A stretch of 61,879 nt of DNA from NCBI GenBank assembly GCA_017987825.1, contig JAGNSY010000001.1, positions 1 to 61,879 of the forward strand, in the 5' to 3' direction. This document shows positions 10,098 to 21,896 of this stretch, in pieces. The translations under genes were made by a program, and so were the position numbers. The first letter of the stretch is position 1. Every line of letters starts with the position of its first letter. Source of the stretch: Sphingorhabdus sp. (GTDB lineage Bacteria > Pseudomonadota > Alphaproteobacteria > Sphingomonadales > Sphingomonadaceae). The notes under the pieces are model-generated. The model was not told the origin of the DNA and ran no database searches. It worked only from the letters and a program-made list of their open reading frames with translations.

Positions 10098-11540
10098 TCA
10101 GAACAAGGCTCCGGCAGCTTGCGCTGTAACCGCGCCGAGAAGCGGGATGGCCAAATAACCCAAGGGCGAAACGACCAAGCCAAGTGCCCCGCCAGTCCAG
10201 CCCAAAACCTTGTCATCGGCGGCATCGATGCTGTCGACAGATTCGTCAAAATACATCGTCTTGACGACCTTCAGATAATAGAAAGCGCCAATAACCGATG
10301 CGGCGATGCCGATTACCGCCAGCGGGAACAACCCTGCCGCGATCGCGGCGTTGAAAACCACCAGCTTGCCATAGAAACCGAAAAGCGGCGGAATACCGGC
10401 GAGGCTGAACATGAAGATGGCGAAGACGGCCGCAAGTGCCGGATGTGTCTTCGACAATCCGGCAATATCAGCCATATTTTCTTTCATTTCGCCGTCACGG
10501 CCCTTCAACTGCATCAGGCAGATGAAGCCACCCAATGTCATCGCGACATAAATGGCGAGATAGACCAGCATTGCTGCCACGCCCTGCTCGGTTCCAGCGG
10601 CCAGACCTATCAGCAGGAAGCCGACATTGTTGATCGAGCTATAGGCCAGCAGGCGTTTCAGATTTTGCTGTCCGATCGCGCCGACAGCGCCGATGATGAT
10701 CGACATCAAGGCTACGACCATGACGATCTGCTGCCATGCCTGAACCTGATTGCCGAATGCCTCAATCACGATACGGATCAGCAGCGCGCTCGCCGCCATC
10801 TTGGGGGCACTGGCGAAGAAGGCAGTCACCGGCGTTGGCGCGCCTTCGTACACGTCCGGCGTCCACATATGGAACGGCGCAGCGCTGATCTTGAAAGCAA
10901 GGCCTGAAAGCACGAAGACCAAGCCAAAGATCAGGCCCATGCTGATCTCACCGGTCATCGCGCTGCCGATGGTTTCAAAGCTGGTCGAACCGGTGAACCC
11001 GTAAAGCAGCGACATGCCGAACAGCAATATGCCGCTGGCGAGCGCGCCAAGGACGAAATATTTGAGGCCTGCCTCTGCCGAACGGCCATCATTGCGCGCA
11101 AAGCTCGCTAGAACATAGGCCGCAAGGCTGTTGAGTTCGAGGCCGATATAGAGCGTCAGCAGGTCGGTTGCCGAGACCATCACGCCCATGCCGACAGCGG
11201 CAAGGATGATGAGCACCGGATATTCCGCGCGCATCGCGCCCATTTTTTCCAGCGCCTTGGGCGCGATTATTAGCGAGACGGCTGCGGCGAAGTAGATCAG
11301 GATCTTCGCAAAGCTGCCAAAGGCATCTGCGCGGTAAAGGCCGTCAAAGGCTGAAGCATCGGTGCCAGCGCACAAATAGTGCACCGCATAGGCACCTGCG
11401 CCAACCAGCGCGGCCACAGACAAGATGCTGACCAGACGACCGGCTTCCTGACGCCAGGCGGCAATAAGCAGAAGGGCAAGGCTAGAGAAACTGAGGATCA
11501 GCTCCGGACGGACCAAATAGAGCGAGGTTGAAAGGTCCAT
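10098..11540 (-). CDS. nuoN: NADH-quinone oxidoreductase subunit N
   Basis: 'EAGLKYFVLG', 'FKISAAPFHMWTPDVYEGAP'. Confidence 0.97.
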   Translation of the reverse strand: MDLSTSLYLVRPELILSFSSLALLLIAAWRQEAGRLVSILSVAALVGAGAYAVHYLCAGTDASAFDGLYRADAFGSFAKILIYFAAAVSLIIAPKALEKMGAMRAEYPVLIILAAVGMGVMVSATDLLTLYIGLELNSLAAYVLASFARNDGRSAEAGLKYFVLGALASGILLFGMSLLYGFTGSTSFETIGSAMTGEISMGLIFGLVFVLSGLAFKISAAPFHMWTPDVYEGAPTPVTAFFASAPKMAASALLIRIVIEAFGNQVQAWQQIVMVVALMSIIIGAVGAIGQQNLKRLLAYSSINNVGFLLIGLAAGTEQGVAAMLVYLAIYVAMTLGGFICLMQLKGRDGEMKENMADIAGLSKTHPALAAVFAIFMFSLAGIPPLFGFYGKLVVFNAAIAAGLFPLAVIGIAASVIGAFYYLKVVKTMYFDESVDSIDAADDKVLGWTGGALGLVVSPLGYLAIPLLGAVTAQAAGALF

Positions 11541-13108
11541 TAGTGCGCGGCCCCCTCGGCCTTTTTGTCATGTTCGCCGTCATGCGCATGCACGCGATAT
11601 TTGGCGGTCGACTTGTCATGTTCCTTTAGCTTGCTGTCACCTGCGGGCGCCGCGCGCTCGATGCGTTCGACAATCGTTGCGACGTCGCGACGGATCGGCG
11701 CAAGGAAGCTTTCAGGGTAAACGCCCATCCACAGCACAGCGGCTGCAATGGGTGCCAGCAGCCACAATTCGCGGCTGTCCAGATCCTGCATCGCTGCTGC
11801 ATCGGCATTCACTTGTTCGCCAAAAGCGACGCGGCGATACAGATAGAGCATATAGCCAGCCCCAAGGATGATACCCGTGGTCGCGATCAGCGTCGCCCAA
11901 GTCGACACCTTGTAGGCGCCTGCCAGCGATAGAAACTCGCCGATAAAGCCGCTGGTTCCGGGCAGGCCAACGCTCGCCATAGTGAACAGCATGAAGAACA
12001 GCGCATATTTGGGCATGTTGATGCTGAGCCCGCCATAACGCCTGATTTCGCGGGTATGCAGCCGATCGTAGATGACACCAACACAGAGGAAGAGCGCGCC
12101 CGAAACAAGCCCGTGACTGAGCATCACGATGATAGCGCCTTCAATACCCTGCTGGTTAAAGGTGAACAGGCCCACCGTCACAATCGCCATATGCGCGACC
12201 GACGAATATGCGATCAGCTTCTTCATGTCGTCCTGCACCAGCGCGACGAGGCTGGTGTAAACCACTGCCACCATCGACAGGCCGAAGATCAGCCAGATAA
12301 ACTGTGCGGACGCTTCAGGAAACATCGGCAGCGAGAAGCGCAGGAAGCCATAACCGCCCATTTTCAGCAATACGCCTGCAAGGATGACCGAGCCCGCCGT
12401 CGGTGCCTGAACGTGCGCATCGGGCAGCCATGTGTGCACCGGCCACATCGGCATCTTCACCGCGAAGGAAGCGAAGAAGGCCAACCAGAGGATCGTCTGC
12501 GCCTCTGGCGGGAAATCATGATTGAGCAGCGTCGGGATGTCCGCCGTGCCCGCCTGCTGGATCATCCACAGCATCGCCAGCAGCATGAAGACCGATCCGA
12601 GCAATGTGTAGAGGAAGAATTTGTACGAGGCGTAGATACGGTCCTTGCCACCCCAGATACCGATAATCAGATACATCGGAATCAGGCCGGCTTCGAACAT
12701 AATGTAGAACAGCATCAGATCCTGCGCCGCAAACACGCCGATCATCAGCGTTTCCATCAGCAGGAAGCTTGCCATGTACAGGCCAACCCGCTCGGTCACC
12801 GCCCGCCAGCTTGCGCCAATGCAGATCGGCATCAGGAAGACCGAGAGCATGATGAGCAGAAGCGAGATACCGTCAATGCCCAGTTTCCAGCCAATCGGCC
12901 CGAACAGCTGTGCGCTTTCGACAAACTGCCACTGCGCACCTGCAGGATCATAGCTGACCCACAGCCAGACGCCGAGCAACAGGTTGAACAAAGTTGCCGT
13001 CAGCGCAATAATGCGCGCCATTTCGGCGCGGGCAAACAGGCATGCCAGCGCGCCGATCATCGGCACTGCGAGCATGATCGAAAGGATGGGGAGTTCGGCG
13101 GCGTTCAT
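11540..13108 (-). CDS. nuoM: NADH-quinone oxidoreductase subunit M
   Basis: '[21 protein letters not shown]', 'LLKMGGYG'. Confidence 0.97.
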   Translation of the reverse strand: MNAAELPILSIMLAVPMIGALACLFARAEMARIIALTATLFNLLLGVWLWVSYDPAGAQWQFVESAQLFGPIGWKLGIDGISLLLIMLSVFLMPICIGASWRAVTERVGLYMASFLLMETLMIGVFAAQDLMLFYIMFEAGLIPMYLIIGIWGGKDRIYASYKFFLYTLLGSVFMLLAMLWMIQQAGTADIPTLLNHDFPPEAQTILWLAFFASFAVKMPMWPVHTWLPDAHVQAPTAGSVILAGVLLKMGGYGFLRFSLPMFPEASAQFIWLIFGLSMVAVVYTSLVALVQDDMKKLIAYSSVAHMAIVTVGLFTFNQQGIEGAIIVMLSHGLVSGALFLCVGVIYDRLHTREIRRYGGLSINMPKYALFFMLFTMASVGLPGTSGFIGEFLSLAGAYKVSTWATLIATTGIILGAGYMLYLYRRVAFGEQVNADAAAMQDLDSRELWLLAPIAAAVLWMGVYPESFLAPIRRDVATIVERIERAAPAGDSKLKEHDKSTAKYRVHAHDGEHDKKAEGAAH

Positions 13109-15147
13109 CGCGCTTGCACCATAAACCAGCTGATCGCGGCGACGAGGCCAAGCAGCATCACCAACGCATATGTGTAGAGATAGCCCGACTGCATGCGGAC
13201 GGCGATACGGCTACCCAGACCAACGGCGGCGGCAGACCCGTTCGGGCCGAAGCGATCGATGATACCGATGTCGCCCCCCTTCCAGAACAGGCGTCCGAAC
13301 CAGAAGGCAGGCTTGACGAAGATCAGGTTGTAGAGCTCGTCAAAATACCATTTGTTGAGAAAGAATTTGTACAGCGGCTCGAAATGCCCGGCCAGCGCAT
13401 GCGCCGAACCCGGTTTGCGGATATACATCATCCACGCGGTGAACAGGCCGGTCAGCATCGCAACCGTCGAGGCAAGCTTCACCCACATCGGCACATTGTG
13501 CATCGCGTGGATCAGATGCTCATTGAAATAGAGCGTCGATGCGGCCCAGAAAGCCGTTCCGCCTTCTTCGGCATAGATGAAATCATATTTGAACAGATAA
13601 CCGGCAGCAATCGCACCCAGCGTCAGTACGCCCAAAGGCACGAGCATCGGCCAAGGGCTTTCGTGCGGGTGATAACCGGCGGTGCCATCGTCATGCACGC
13701 CATGATGGTCATGCGCATGGTCGTCATGGCCATGATGATCGTCATGCACCGCATGCTGGATATGCTCCGACTGTGCCCAGCGCGGCTTTCCGAAGAAGGT
13801 CAGGAAGACCAAGCGCCAGCTATAGAAGCTGGTCAGCAATGCTGCAAAGACACCGATGAAGAAGGCATAACCACCCCAAGGCGCGGTCGAGGCATAGGCT
13901 GCTTCGATAATCGCGTCCTTCGAATGGAATCCCGCAAAACCGCCAATGCCGACAATGCCGACACCGGTGATGGCCAGCGTGCCCGCGGTCATCGCCCAGA
14001 AGGTCAGCGGGATGTGCTTCCGTAATCCGCCATAGTAACGCATGTCCTGTTCGTGATGCATCGCGTGGATAACGCTACCCGCACCGAGGAACAGCAATGC
14101 CTTGAAGAAGGCGTGCGTGAACAGGTGGAACATCGCAGCACTATAGGCACCGACACCAGCGGCGAAGAACATATAGCCGAGCTGCGAGCAGGTCGAATAA
14201 GCGATCACGCGCTTGATATCGGTTTGGACCAAACCGACGGTAGCCGCGAAAAGTGCGGTGGTTGCGCCTACGATGGTCACGACATTCAAAGCGAACTGGC
14301 TTGTCTCGAATAGCGGCGACAGGCGGCAAACCATGAACACGCCTGCGGTCACCATCGTTGCCGCGTGGATCAATGCAGAGACCGGCGTCGGGCCTTCCAT
14401 CGCGTCGGGCAGCCAAGTGTGCAGGCCAAGCTGTGCCGACTTGCCCATCGCGCCGATAAACAGCAGTATACACAGCAGGCTCATCGTGTCGACGCGCAGC
14501 CCGAGGAAGCCAATGCTGGACCCGGCCTTGTCGGGCGCGGCGGCTAGGATGTCGGGGATCGAGACGGTACCGAAAAGCCAGAACACGCCGAAAATGCCGA
14601 GCATGAAGCCAAGGTCCCCAACGCGGTTGACCACGAAGGCCTTGATTGCGGCAGCGTTTGCACTGGGTTTCTTGTACCAGAAACCGATCAGCAAATAGGA
14701 GGCAAGGCCCACGCCTTCCCAGCCAAAGAACATCTGGACGAGGTTGTTGGCGGTCACCAGCATGAGCATCGCGAAGGTGAACAGCGAGAGATAGGCGAAG
14801 AAGCGCGGCTGATCCGGATCTTCCTCCATATAGCTCCAGCTATAGAGGTGGACGAGTGCCGAAACGGTGGTGATCACCACCAGCATCACCGCGGTCAACG
14901 CATCGACGCGAAACTCCCAGTCGAACTTCAACGCACCCGACTGCACCCATTGCATCACGGGCTCGACAAAGGCTTTTTCGTTGCCGGTCATGAAGCCGAG
15001 GAAGATCGGCCAGCTGAGCGCACAAGCCAGGAATAGCCCGCCGGTGGTGATGACCTTGGCCGCCGTCTTGCCGATGAAATTCTGCCCCAGCCCGGCGACT
15101 ATGGCCGCGAGCAATGGCGCGAATACGATGATTATAATGGACGACAT
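13105..15147 (-). CDS. nuoL: NADH-quinone oxidoreductase subunit L
   Basis: '[32 protein letters not shown]'. Confidence 0.97.
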   Translation of the reverse strand: MSSIIIIVFAPLLAAIVAGLGQNFIGKTAAKVITTGGLFLACALSWPIFLGFMTGNEKAFVEPVMQWVQSGALKFDWEFRVDALTAVMLVVITTVSALVHLYSWSYMEEDPDQPRFFAYLSLFTFAMLMLVTANNLVQMFFGWEGVGLASYLLIGFWYKKPSANAAAIKAFVVNRVGDLGFMLGIFGVFWLFGTVSIPDILAAAPDKAGSSIGFLGLRVDTMSLLCILLFIGAMGKSAQLGLHTWLPDAMEGPTPVSALIHAATMVTAGVFMVCRLSPLFETSQFALNVVTIVGATTALFAATVGLVQTDIKRVIAYSTCSQLGYMFFAAGVGAYSAAMFHLFTHAFFKALLFLGAGSVIHAMHHEQDMRYYGGLRKHIPLTFWAMTAGTLAITGVGIVGIGGFAGFHSKDAIIEAAYASTAPWGGYAFFIGVFAALLTSFYSWRLVFLTFFGKPRWAQSEHIQHAVHDDHHGHDDHAHDHHGVHDDGTAGYHPHESPWPMLVPLGVLTLGAIAAGYLFKYDFIYAEEGGTAFWAASTLYFNEHLIHAMHNVPMWVKLASTVAMLTGLFTAWMMYIRKPGSAHALAGHFEPLYKFFLNKWYFDELYNLIFVKPAFWFGRLFWKGGDIGIIDRFGPNGSAAAVGLGSRIAVRMQSGYLYTYALVMLLGLVAAISWFMVQAR

Positions 15148-15156
15148 AAGACCGGC

Positions 15157-15462
15157 TTACCCCTTCATCCGGTTGACATCGTCAACGGCGATCGTGCCGC
15201 GACCACGGAAGTAAATGACGAGAATGGCAAGCCCGATTGCCGCTTCACCCGCAGCAACGGTCAAAACGAACATCGCGAAAACCTGCCCCACCAGATCGCC
15301 CAAAAAGGCGCTGAAAGCGACAAGGTTGATGTTCACACTCAACAGGATGAGCTCGATCGCCATCAGGATGATGATCACATTCTTCCGGTTGAGGAAGATG
15401 CCCAGCACACCCATCACAAAGAGGATGCTGCTAACGACCAGATAATGTTCGATACCAATCAC
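15157..15462 (-). CDS. nuoK: NADH-quinone oxidoreductase subunit K
   Basis: '[15 protein letters not shown]', '[11 protein letters not shown]'. Confidence 0.97.
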   Translation of the reverse strand: MIGIEHYLVVSSILFVMGVLGIFLNRKNVIIILMAIELILLSVNINLVAFSAFLGDLVGQVFAMFVLTVAAGEAAIGLAILVIYFRGRGTIAVDDVNRMKG

Positions 15463-16073
15463 AGCTCTACCCCCTGCCCGACGGGCTGGTTCACATTGCG
15501 CACCGCATCTTGCGGCCGGCGCTGGTTCTGGCTCGAGATGTTCTGCACAAAAATGCCCTTGCGCTGGCGGTGGGTCAGCACGATCGCGCCGATCATCGCC
15601 ACCAGCAGGATCAGGCCGGCGGTTTCGAACAGGAAAACATATTTGGTATAGAGCAACGCGCCCATCGCCTCGATATTGGGCTTGTCAGTAGGCGTGGCCG
15701 CTGCGACCGCATTGCCCAGTTCGACCGCCCCCGCGCGGAAGGCACCGATGCCGAGCACCAGTTCGACCACCAGCACAATCGCCAGCAAGATGCCGAGCGG
15801 CAGGTTGCGCGTGAAACCGGCGCGCAGTTCGGCAAAATCGATGTCGAGCATCATCACGACGAACAGGAACAGCACCGCGACCGCGCCGACATAGACGATG
15901 ACGAGCAGCATCGCGATGAATTCAGCCCCCACCAGCACCATCAGCCCGGCGGCGTTGAAAAAGGCAACGATCAGCCACAGCACGCTGTGAACCGGGTTGC
16001 GCGCGAATATCACCATTGCGGCGGACGCCAGAAGCACCGCTGCGAAGATGTAGAAGGAAATGACCTGGATCAT
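15459..16073 (-). CDS. nuoJ: NADH-quinone oxidoreductase subunit J
   Basis: 'NPVHSVLWL', '[17 protein letters not shown]'. Confidence 0.97.
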   Translation of the reverse strand: MIQVISFYIFAAVLLASAAMVIFARNPVHSVLWLIVAFFNAAGLMVLVGAEFIAMLLVIVYVGAVAVLFLFVVMMLDIDFAELRAGFTRNLPLGILLAIVLVVELVLGIGAFRAGAVELGNAVAAATPTDKPNIEAMGALLYTKYVFLFETAGLILLVAMIGAIVLTHRQRKGIFVQNISSQNQRRPQDAVRNVNQPVGQGVEL

Positions 16074-16085
16074 GCTGCGCGCCCC

Positions 16086-16574
16086 CTATCGATACGGCGC
16101 ATCGGCGGCAAGGTTTGCGGCAATAGCGCGCTCCCATTTATCGCCATTGGAGAGAAGCTTAGCCTTGTCATACAGCAGCTCTTCACGGGTTTCGGTGGCA
16201 TATTCGAAATTGGGGCCTTCGACGATGGCATCGACCGGACATGCTTCCTGGCAGAAACCGCAATAGATGCATTTGGTCATGTCGATGTCGTAGCGCGTGG
16301 TGCGGCGCGAACCATCTTCGCGCGGCTCGGCCTCGATGGTGATCGCCTGTGCCGGACACACTGCCTCGCACAGTTTGCACGCGATGCAGCGTTCCTCGCC
16401 ATTGGCATAACGGCGCAACGCATGTTCGCCGCGAAAACGCGGGGACAGCGGATTCTTTTCGAACGGATAATTGACCGTCGCCTTGGGCTTGAAGAAATAT
16501 TGCAAGGTCAGCCAGTGCGCCTTGACAAATTCCCACAGCGTGAAGCTTTTGATGAGATGGGCGATGGTGGTCAT
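16086..16574 (-). CDS. nuoI: NADH-quinone oxidoreductase subunit I
   Basis: Two 4Fe-4S motifs '[12 protein letters not shown]' and '[12 protein letters not shown]'; start placed at the ATGA overlap with nuoH. Confidence 0.97.
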   Translation of the reverse strand: MTTIAHLIKSFTLWEFVKAHWLTLQYFFKPKATVNYPFEKNPLSPRFRGEHALRRYANGEERCIACKLCEAVCPAQAITIEAEPREDGSRRTTRYDIDMTKCIYCGFCQEACPVDAIVEGPNFEYATETREELLYDKAKLLSNGDKWERAIAANLAADAPYR

Positions 16575-17617
16575 GCGAAATGCCCTGTGTACATGAGATA
16601 GCCGGAGACAATGCAGACCCACAGCAATGAAATCGGCAGGAACACTTTCCAGCCCAAGCGCATCAGCTGGTCATAGCGGTAGCGCGGCACGGTGGATTTC
16701 ACCCAGGCGAAGATGAAGAAGAATATCCAGATCTTGGCAAACAGCCAGATGATGCCCGGCACATAATAAAGCGGCGCCCAATCAACGGGCGGCAGGTAAC
16801 CGCCCCAAAACAGCACGGCGTTCAGCGTGCACATCAGCAGCACATTGGCATATTCGCCGAGCCAGTAGAGCGCGAAGGCCATCGAGCTATATTCGGTCTG
16901 ATAACCGGCAACCAGTTCACTTTCCGCCTCGGTCAGGTCAAACGGCGCGCGCGCGGTTTCGGCCATCGCGCTGATCAGGAACATGATCGCAATCGGAAAC
17001 AGCAGCGGGTTGAGGCCAAAGGCATTTACAAAGCCCAGCACATGGCCCTTCTGCGCCTCGACAATGCCGAGCATGTTGAAGGTCTTGGCCCACAGCACCA
17101 CGCAGATCAGGATGAAGCCGATCGAGACTTCATAACTGATCATCTGCGACGCAGCGCGGATCGCGGAGAAGAAGGGATATTTGGAGTTCGACGCCCAACC
17201 CGCGATTATGATGCCGTAAACCCCCAGCGAACTGATCGCGAGGATGTAGAGCAGGCCGACATTGATATTGGCCAGCACCGCGCCCGAATTGAACGGAATC
17301 ACCGCCCAAGCCATCAACGCGACGGTGAAGGTGACGATCGGCGCAATCAGGAACAATCCGCGGTTGGACGCGCTGGGGACGATGGTTTCCTGCAGAAAAA
17401 CCTTCAGGCCATCGGCAAAGCTTTGCAGCACACCCCACGGGCCGACCACATTCGGGCCACGACGCAGCGCAAACGCCGCCCACAGCTTGCGTTCGGCATA
17501 AATGATCATCGCAACGCTGAGCATCAGCAACAGCGAGATCATGAGGATGCCTGCCAGCGTGGCAGCGAACCACGCCCATTCGTAGGACATGCCCAGAGTT
17601 TGGAAGAAGGCCGTCAC
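16571..17617 (-). CDS. nuoH: NADH-quinone oxidoreductase subunit H
   Basis: '[16 protein letters not shown]', '[17 protein letters not shown]'; GTG start with GGGAGA SD. Confidence 0.97.
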   Translation of the reverse strand: MTAFFQTLGMSYEWAWFAATLAGILMISLLLMLSVAMIIYAERKLWAAFALRRGPNVVGPWGVLQSFADGLKVFLQETIVPSASNRGLFLIAPIVTFTVALMAWAVIPFNSGAVLANINVGLLYILAISSLGVYGIIIAGWASNSKYPFFSAIRAASQMISYEVSIGFILICVVLWAKTFNMLGIVEAQKGHVLGFVNAFGLNPLLFPIAIMFLISAMAETARAPFDLTEAESELVAGYQTEYSSMAFALYWLGEYANVLLMCTLNAVLFWGGYLPPVDWAPLYYVPGIIWLFAKIWIFFFIFAWVKSTVPRYRYDQLMRLGWKVFLPISLLWVCIVSGYLMYTGHFA

Positions 17618-17633
17618 TTCACGTCTCCCAATT

Positions 17634-17722
17634 CGTCATGCTGAACTTGTTTCAGCATCCATCGCGCAGCACGACCAGAGCTTGAAAGGATAAATGGACC
17701 CTGAAACAAGTTCAGGGTGACG
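17634..17722. repeat. REP/REPIN-like inverted doublet (two 29-bp hairpin arms, 31-bp spacer)
   Basis: Left CGTCATGCTGAACTTGTTTCAGCATCCAT vs reverse complement of right CGTCACCCTGAACTTGTTTCAGGGTCCAT; each arm is its own perfect 8-bp hairpin. Confidence 0.85.
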
Positions 17723-17747
17723 GTGTTTATGTTGGAGAGGTTGCCCA

Positions 17748-19748
17748 TCATTCCGCCGCTTCCAGAAACGCTTCACCGTGCACCAACTCACTTGAGCAAC
17801 GCTGCATCGTGGGCGATGCGCGGCAAATGCTATTGGTGAGGTAAAAATCCTTGATCGGATAGTCGGCGATCTTGCCCGAAACCTTGGTTTCAAGTTTGGG
17901 CTCGGACCAGCCATAATCGGCCAGCCCTTCCTGACCAAGCGCAGGCACAGCCTTTGCCATAGCGGCGCGCAAGGCATCGAGGCTGTCGAACGGCAGGCGC
18001 TTGCCGAGCACATCCGATAGCGCTCGGAAAATCGCCCAATCCTCACGCGCATCACCCGGCGGGAAGACAGCCCGTTCTCCACGCTGGACGCGGCCTTCGA
18101 GGTTCACCCAGGTGCCCGATTTTTCCGAATAAGCGGCACCAGGCAGCACGACATCGGCGTTAGCCGCGCCATTGTCACCATGATGGCCGACATAGACTTT
18201 GAAGGTCTTAGCAAAGAGGCTGTAGTCGACCTCGTCCGCGCCGAGGAAGAAGGCCAGCTTCGGCTTTTTCGCTGCCAGCGTCTTAATACCGCCATCAAAA
18301 GCATAGCCGAGCATCAAACCACCCATGCGCGCAGCCGCGAAATGGAGGACGTTGAAGCCATTCCAGCCATCTTTGAACAGCTTGTACTTTTTGGCAAAAG
18401 CCAGCGCCGCGCCGTGCACGCCTTCATAACGCAGCGCACCGCCACCGACGATAATCGCAGGGCGTTCAGCGGTCTTCAGCGCATCGGCCAGTGCCTTGGG
18501 CGCCTTGCTTAGCGCGCCCAGATCGTCACCCAGCCATTCGACCTTATAGGTCAGGTCGGTTTCGGGGCCGATGGCAAAAACCTTCGCGCCCTTCTTCCGG
18601 ACCGCTTTCTGGATGCGCGTATTCACCAGCGGTGCTTCACGGCGCAGGTCGCTGCCTACCAGCAGGATCACATCGGCATTTTCGATGCCTGCGATGGTGG
18701 TGTTGAAATTGACCGCCGACAGCGAGGAAGTGTCATAGGCCAAACCGGTCTGCCGGCCCTCAAGCATTTTAGAACCAGCCAATTCACGCGCCGCAAACAT
18801 CGTCTCGCAGTCAACCTGATCGCCCGCCAGCACAGCAGCCTCGCCCGACCAGTTGGCCTTGATCGCCTCAAAGGCTTCCTGCCAGCTTGCTGCAACCAGC
18901 TTCCCGTCCTTGCGGACATAGGGCTTGTCGAGGCGGCGATGGGTCAGGCCATCAACCGCATGACGGGTCTTGTCATGCGCCCACTCTTCGTTGACATCTT
19001 CATTGATGCGCGGAACGGCACGCAACACGGCCCTGCCCCGGCTGTCGAGGCGGATATTGGTGCCGACGGCATCCATCACGTCAATCGCGGGGGTCTTCTT
19101 CAGCTCCCACGGGCGCGCGTTGAACGCGTAAGGTTTGCTCGTCAGCGCACCGACCGGGCAGAGGTCGACGACATTACCCGAAAGCTCGCTCGTCACCGCG
19201 CGCTCGAGATAGCTGGTGATCTGCATATTCTCGCCGCGACCGATAGCGCCGATTTCCTCAATGCCAGCCACTTCTTCTGCAAAGCGGACGCAGCGGGTGC
19301 ACTGAATGCAGCGGGTCATCACCGTCTTGACGATGGGGCCCATATATTTCTCGGTCACCGCGCGCTTGTTTTCGTCATAACGCGACGCACCGCGACCATA
19401 AGCGACCGACTGATCCTGCAAATCGCATTCACCACCCTGGTCGCAAATCGGACAATCAAGCGGGTGGTTGATGAGCAGAAACTCCATCACCCCTTCGCGC
19501 GCTTTTTTGACCATTTCGCTATCGGTCTTGATGATCTGCCCTTCGGTCGCGGGCAGAGCACAGCTCGCCTGCGGCTTTGGCGGCCCGGGGGCAACCTCGA
19601 CCAGACACATGCGGCAATTGCCCGCGATGGACAGCCGTTCATGATAGCAAAAACGCGGAATTTCCTTCCCCGCCAGTTCGCACGCCTGCAGGACGGTAGC
19701 GCCTGCGGGGACTTCGATTTCTTGGCCGTCTACGGTGACTTTAGGCAT
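17748..19748 (-). CDS. nuoG: NADH-quinone oxidoreductase subunit G
   Basis: 'IPRFCYHERLSIAGNCRMC', 'HPLDCPICDQGGECDLQD', 'RCIQCTRCVRF'. Confidence 0.97.
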   Translation of the reverse strand: MPKVTVDGQEIEVPAGATVLQACELAGKEIPRFCYHERLSIAGNCRMCLVEVAPGPPKPQASCALPATEGQIIKTDSEMVKKAREGVMEFLLINHPLDCPICDQGGECDLQDQSVAYGRGASRYDENKRAVTEKYMGPIVKTVMTRCIQCTRCVRFAEEVAGIEEIGAIGRGENMQITSYLERAVTSELSGNVVDLCPVGALTSKPYAFNARPWELKKTPAIDVMDAVGTNIRLDSRGRAVLRAVPRINEDVNEEWAHDKTRHAVDGLTHRRLDKPYVRKDGKLVAASWQEAFEAIKANWSGEAAVLAGDQVDCETMFAARELAGSKMLEGRQTGLAYDTSSLSAVNFNTTIAGIENADVILLVGSDLRREAPLVNTRIQKAVRKKGAKVFAIGPETDLTYKVEWLGDDLGALSKAPKALADALKTAERPAIIVGGGALRYEGVHGAALAFAKKYKLFKDGWNGFNVLHFAAARMGGLMLGYAFDGGIKTLAAKKPKLAFFLGADEVDYSLFAKTFKVYVGHHGDNGAANADVVLPGAAYSEKSGTWVNLEGRVQRGERAVFPPGDAREDWAIFRALSDVLGKRLPFDSLDALRAAMAKAVPALGQEGLADYGWSEPKLETKVSGKIADYPIKDFYLTNSICRASPTMQRCSSELVHGEAFLEAAE

Positions 19749-20440
19749 TAGTTGCTACCTCGTGCGGTGGCCGCGCCATTCGCTTTCATAGCCAGTTTGT
19801 AGAGTGCTTCCGCCATCACGCCGCGGAACACCGCTTTGGAAAATTTGAGTTCATTGTCCTTGTTCACGCAGCCGCTGACAAAGGGAAGAATTTCCTGAAT
19901 TGCAGCCTCTTCAGCGCTGGATCCGATTTGGGACCTAACAAGTGTTTGAGCGGCCTTCGGCGCAGCGCGGACGGTACATTCGCCCAACTGCCAAATCGCT
20001 ACAAACTGAAATTGTTCGGCGTTCAGACCCTTGGTCATTGCAACATAGTCTGTTTCCGGAATGGTCGCGATGGTCGTGAGATCATGGTCGTTGAACTCAG
20101 CATTATACAGTTCGTCATATGCAGACCAACGAAAGAGCTTTTCGCTGAAGCGCAGATCTGCGCCGACGAGGCAGTCATCCCTGGAAAGACCATTCGCCAG
20201 TTCAAACGCCTCTTTCGAACTTGGGAATGTGTCCAGATAGTTTATAACGCGCTGGCGCGACACGCCAATCACGCATTTGGAGAACGAACGCATAGTCGCT
20301 CTCGACAAATCCGCTTTGCTCAAATTGTTGTCAGGTATTTTAGCAGGCCTTGGTCCAGTGCGCGTGCCAGTCCATTGCGCGGCGACCGGTGAGGCGGCAA
20401 CGCTCACAGCAATAATGAAGGCAGCAAGTAGCCGTCTCAT
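19748..20440 (-). CDS. Secreted hypothetical protein with two internal Cys-pair repeats, inserted in nuo operon
   Basis: ATGA overlap with nuoF stop; signal peptide '[21 protein letters not shown]|Q'; stop overlaps the nuoG start. Confidence 0.8.
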   Translation of the reverse strand: MRRLLAAFIIAVSVAASPVAAQWTGTRTGPRPAKIPDNNLSKADLSRATMRSFSKCVIGVSRQRVINYLDTFPSSKEAFELANGLSRDDCLVGADLRFSEKLFRWSAYDELYNAEFNDHDLTTIATIPETDYVAMTKGLNAEQFQFVAIWQLGECTVRAAPKAAQTLVRSQIGSSAEEAAIQEILPFVSGCVNKDNELKFSKAVFRGVMAEALYKLAMKANGAATARGSN

Positions 20441-21729
20441 TCCGCCGCCTCCAGCATGCCGCCATGCTCGGCAATCCGGCGCTCGATTTCCGGACGGAAG
20501 TGCCGGATCAGGCCCTGGATCGGCCAAGCCGCTGCGTCACCCAATGCGCAGATGGTGTGGCCTTCGACTTGCTTGGTCACCTGGAACAGGGTGTCGATTT
20601 CCGACACATCGGCATTGCCTTCGCGCAGCCGTTCCATCACACGCCACATCCAGCCTGTGCCTTCACGGCACGGCGTGCATTGGCCGCAGCTTTCATGTTT
20701 GTAGAAATAGGACAGGCGCGAAATGGCGCGGACGATGTCGGTGGATTTGTCCATCACGATAACGGCGGCGGTGCCAAGACCAGAGCCCAGCGCCTTCAGC
20801 CCGTCAAAATCCATCGGCGCGTCCATGATCTGCGCGGCGGGCACCAACGGCACCGAGGAACCGCCGGGGATCACCGCGAGCAGATTGTCCCAACCGCCTC
20901 TTATGCCGCCTGCATGTTTCTCAATCAATTCGCGGAAGGGAATGCTCATCGCCTCCTCAACCACGCATGGCGTGTTAACATGGCCCGAAATCTGGAATAG
21001 TTTGGTGCCTGCATTGCCCGGATTGCCGAAGCCCATAAACCATTCGGGCCCGCGCCGCAGAATGGTCGGCGTAACCGAAATCGATTCCACATTGTTGACC
21101 GTGGTCGGGCAGCCATAAAGGCCAGCGCCCGCCGGGAAAGGCGGTTTCAGGCGTGGCTGACCCTTCTTGCCCTCAAGGCTTTCAATCATCGCGGTTTCTT
21201 CGCCGCAGATGTACGCACCTGCGCCGCGATGGACGAAGACCTCGAAATCATAGCCCGATTTGCAGGCATTCTTGCCAATCAGGCCAGCGGCATAGGCCTC
21301 GGCCACGGCAGCCTCGAGCACCTTGGCTTCATAGATAAATTCGCCGCGGATGTAGATGTAAGCGGCGCGCGCGCGCATTGCGAAACCGGCGACCAGCGCG
21401 CCTTCGATCAGCTTGTGCGGATCGTGGCGAATGATTTCGCGGTCCTTGCACGAGCCGGGCTCGGATTCATCGGCGTTGATGACGAGGAAATTGGGCCGTT
21501 CGGGCGTCGGTGCCTTGGGCATGAAGCTCCACTTCATCCCCGTCGGGAAACCCGCCCCGCCGCGCCCACGCAGGCCGGAGGCCTTGATGCGCTCGATAAT
21601 CTCGTCCTGCCCGATCTTGAGCAGGTTCGCGGTCTTGTCCCAATCACCACGTTTTTGCGCAGCCTTCAGGTTCCAGGGCTGGAAGCCATGAACGTTGGTG
21701 AAGATGCGGTCTTTATCCTGAAGGCTCAT
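20437..21729 (-). CDS. nuoF: NADH-quinone oxidoreductase subunit F
   Basis: '[13 protein letters not shown]', 'NADESEPG', '[12 protein letters not shown]', '[12 protein letters not shown]'. Confidence 0.98.
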   Translation of the reverse strand: MSLQDKDRIFTNVHGFQPWNLKAAQKRGDWDKTANLLKIGQDEIIERIKASGLRGRGGAGFPTGMKWSFMPKAPTPERPNFLVINADESEPGSCKDREIIRHDPHKLIEGALVAGFAMRARAAYIYIRGEFIYEAKVLEAAVAEAYAAGLIGKNACKSGYDFEVFVHRGAGAYICGEETAMIESLEGKKGQPRLKPPFPAGAGLYGCPTTVNNVESISVTPTILRRGPEWFMGFGNPGNAGTKLFQISGHVNTPCVVEEAMSIPFRELIEKHAGGIRGGWDNLLAVIPGGSSVPLVPAAQIMDAPMDFDGLKALGSGLGTAAVIVMDKSTDIVRAISRLSYFYKHESCGQCTPCREGTGWMWRVMERLREGNADVSEIDTLFQVTKQVEGHTICALGDAAAWPIQGLIRHFRPEIERRIAEHGGMLEAAE

Positions 21730-21896
21730 TGCTCGTCTGAACCCTTCTGCTTCCGGCTGAATACGCTCAGGCCGCCGAACAGCACGCCCAATATGATCCA
21801 GACAATCCAGTCATCGCCATTGATGAATTTGAAGACGCCAAGCAGCAGGAAAATGATTCCAACCAGCGGCAGGCCTTTGGTCTTGGCTTGTTCCAT
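21726..21896 (-). CDS. 56-aa two-TM small membrane protein (not in the ORF track)
   Basis: Hand translation [56 protein letters not shown]; TGATG overlap with nuoE stop and ATGA overlap with nuoF start. Confidence 0.85.
   Translation of the reverse strand: MEQAKTKGLPLVGIIFLLLGVFKFINGDDWIVWIILGVLFGGLSVFSRKQKGSDEQ

Noticed and set aside
13680-13770. His/Asp-rich tract in NuoL and His-rich NuoM tail
   Set aside because: Low-complexity His-rich loops are common in alphaproteobacterial NuoL; not novel
17636-18082. 148-aa ORF ending 'RHPELVSGS...MDAETSSA'
   Set aside because: It overlaps nuoG out of frame and its tail is just the translated palindromic repeat
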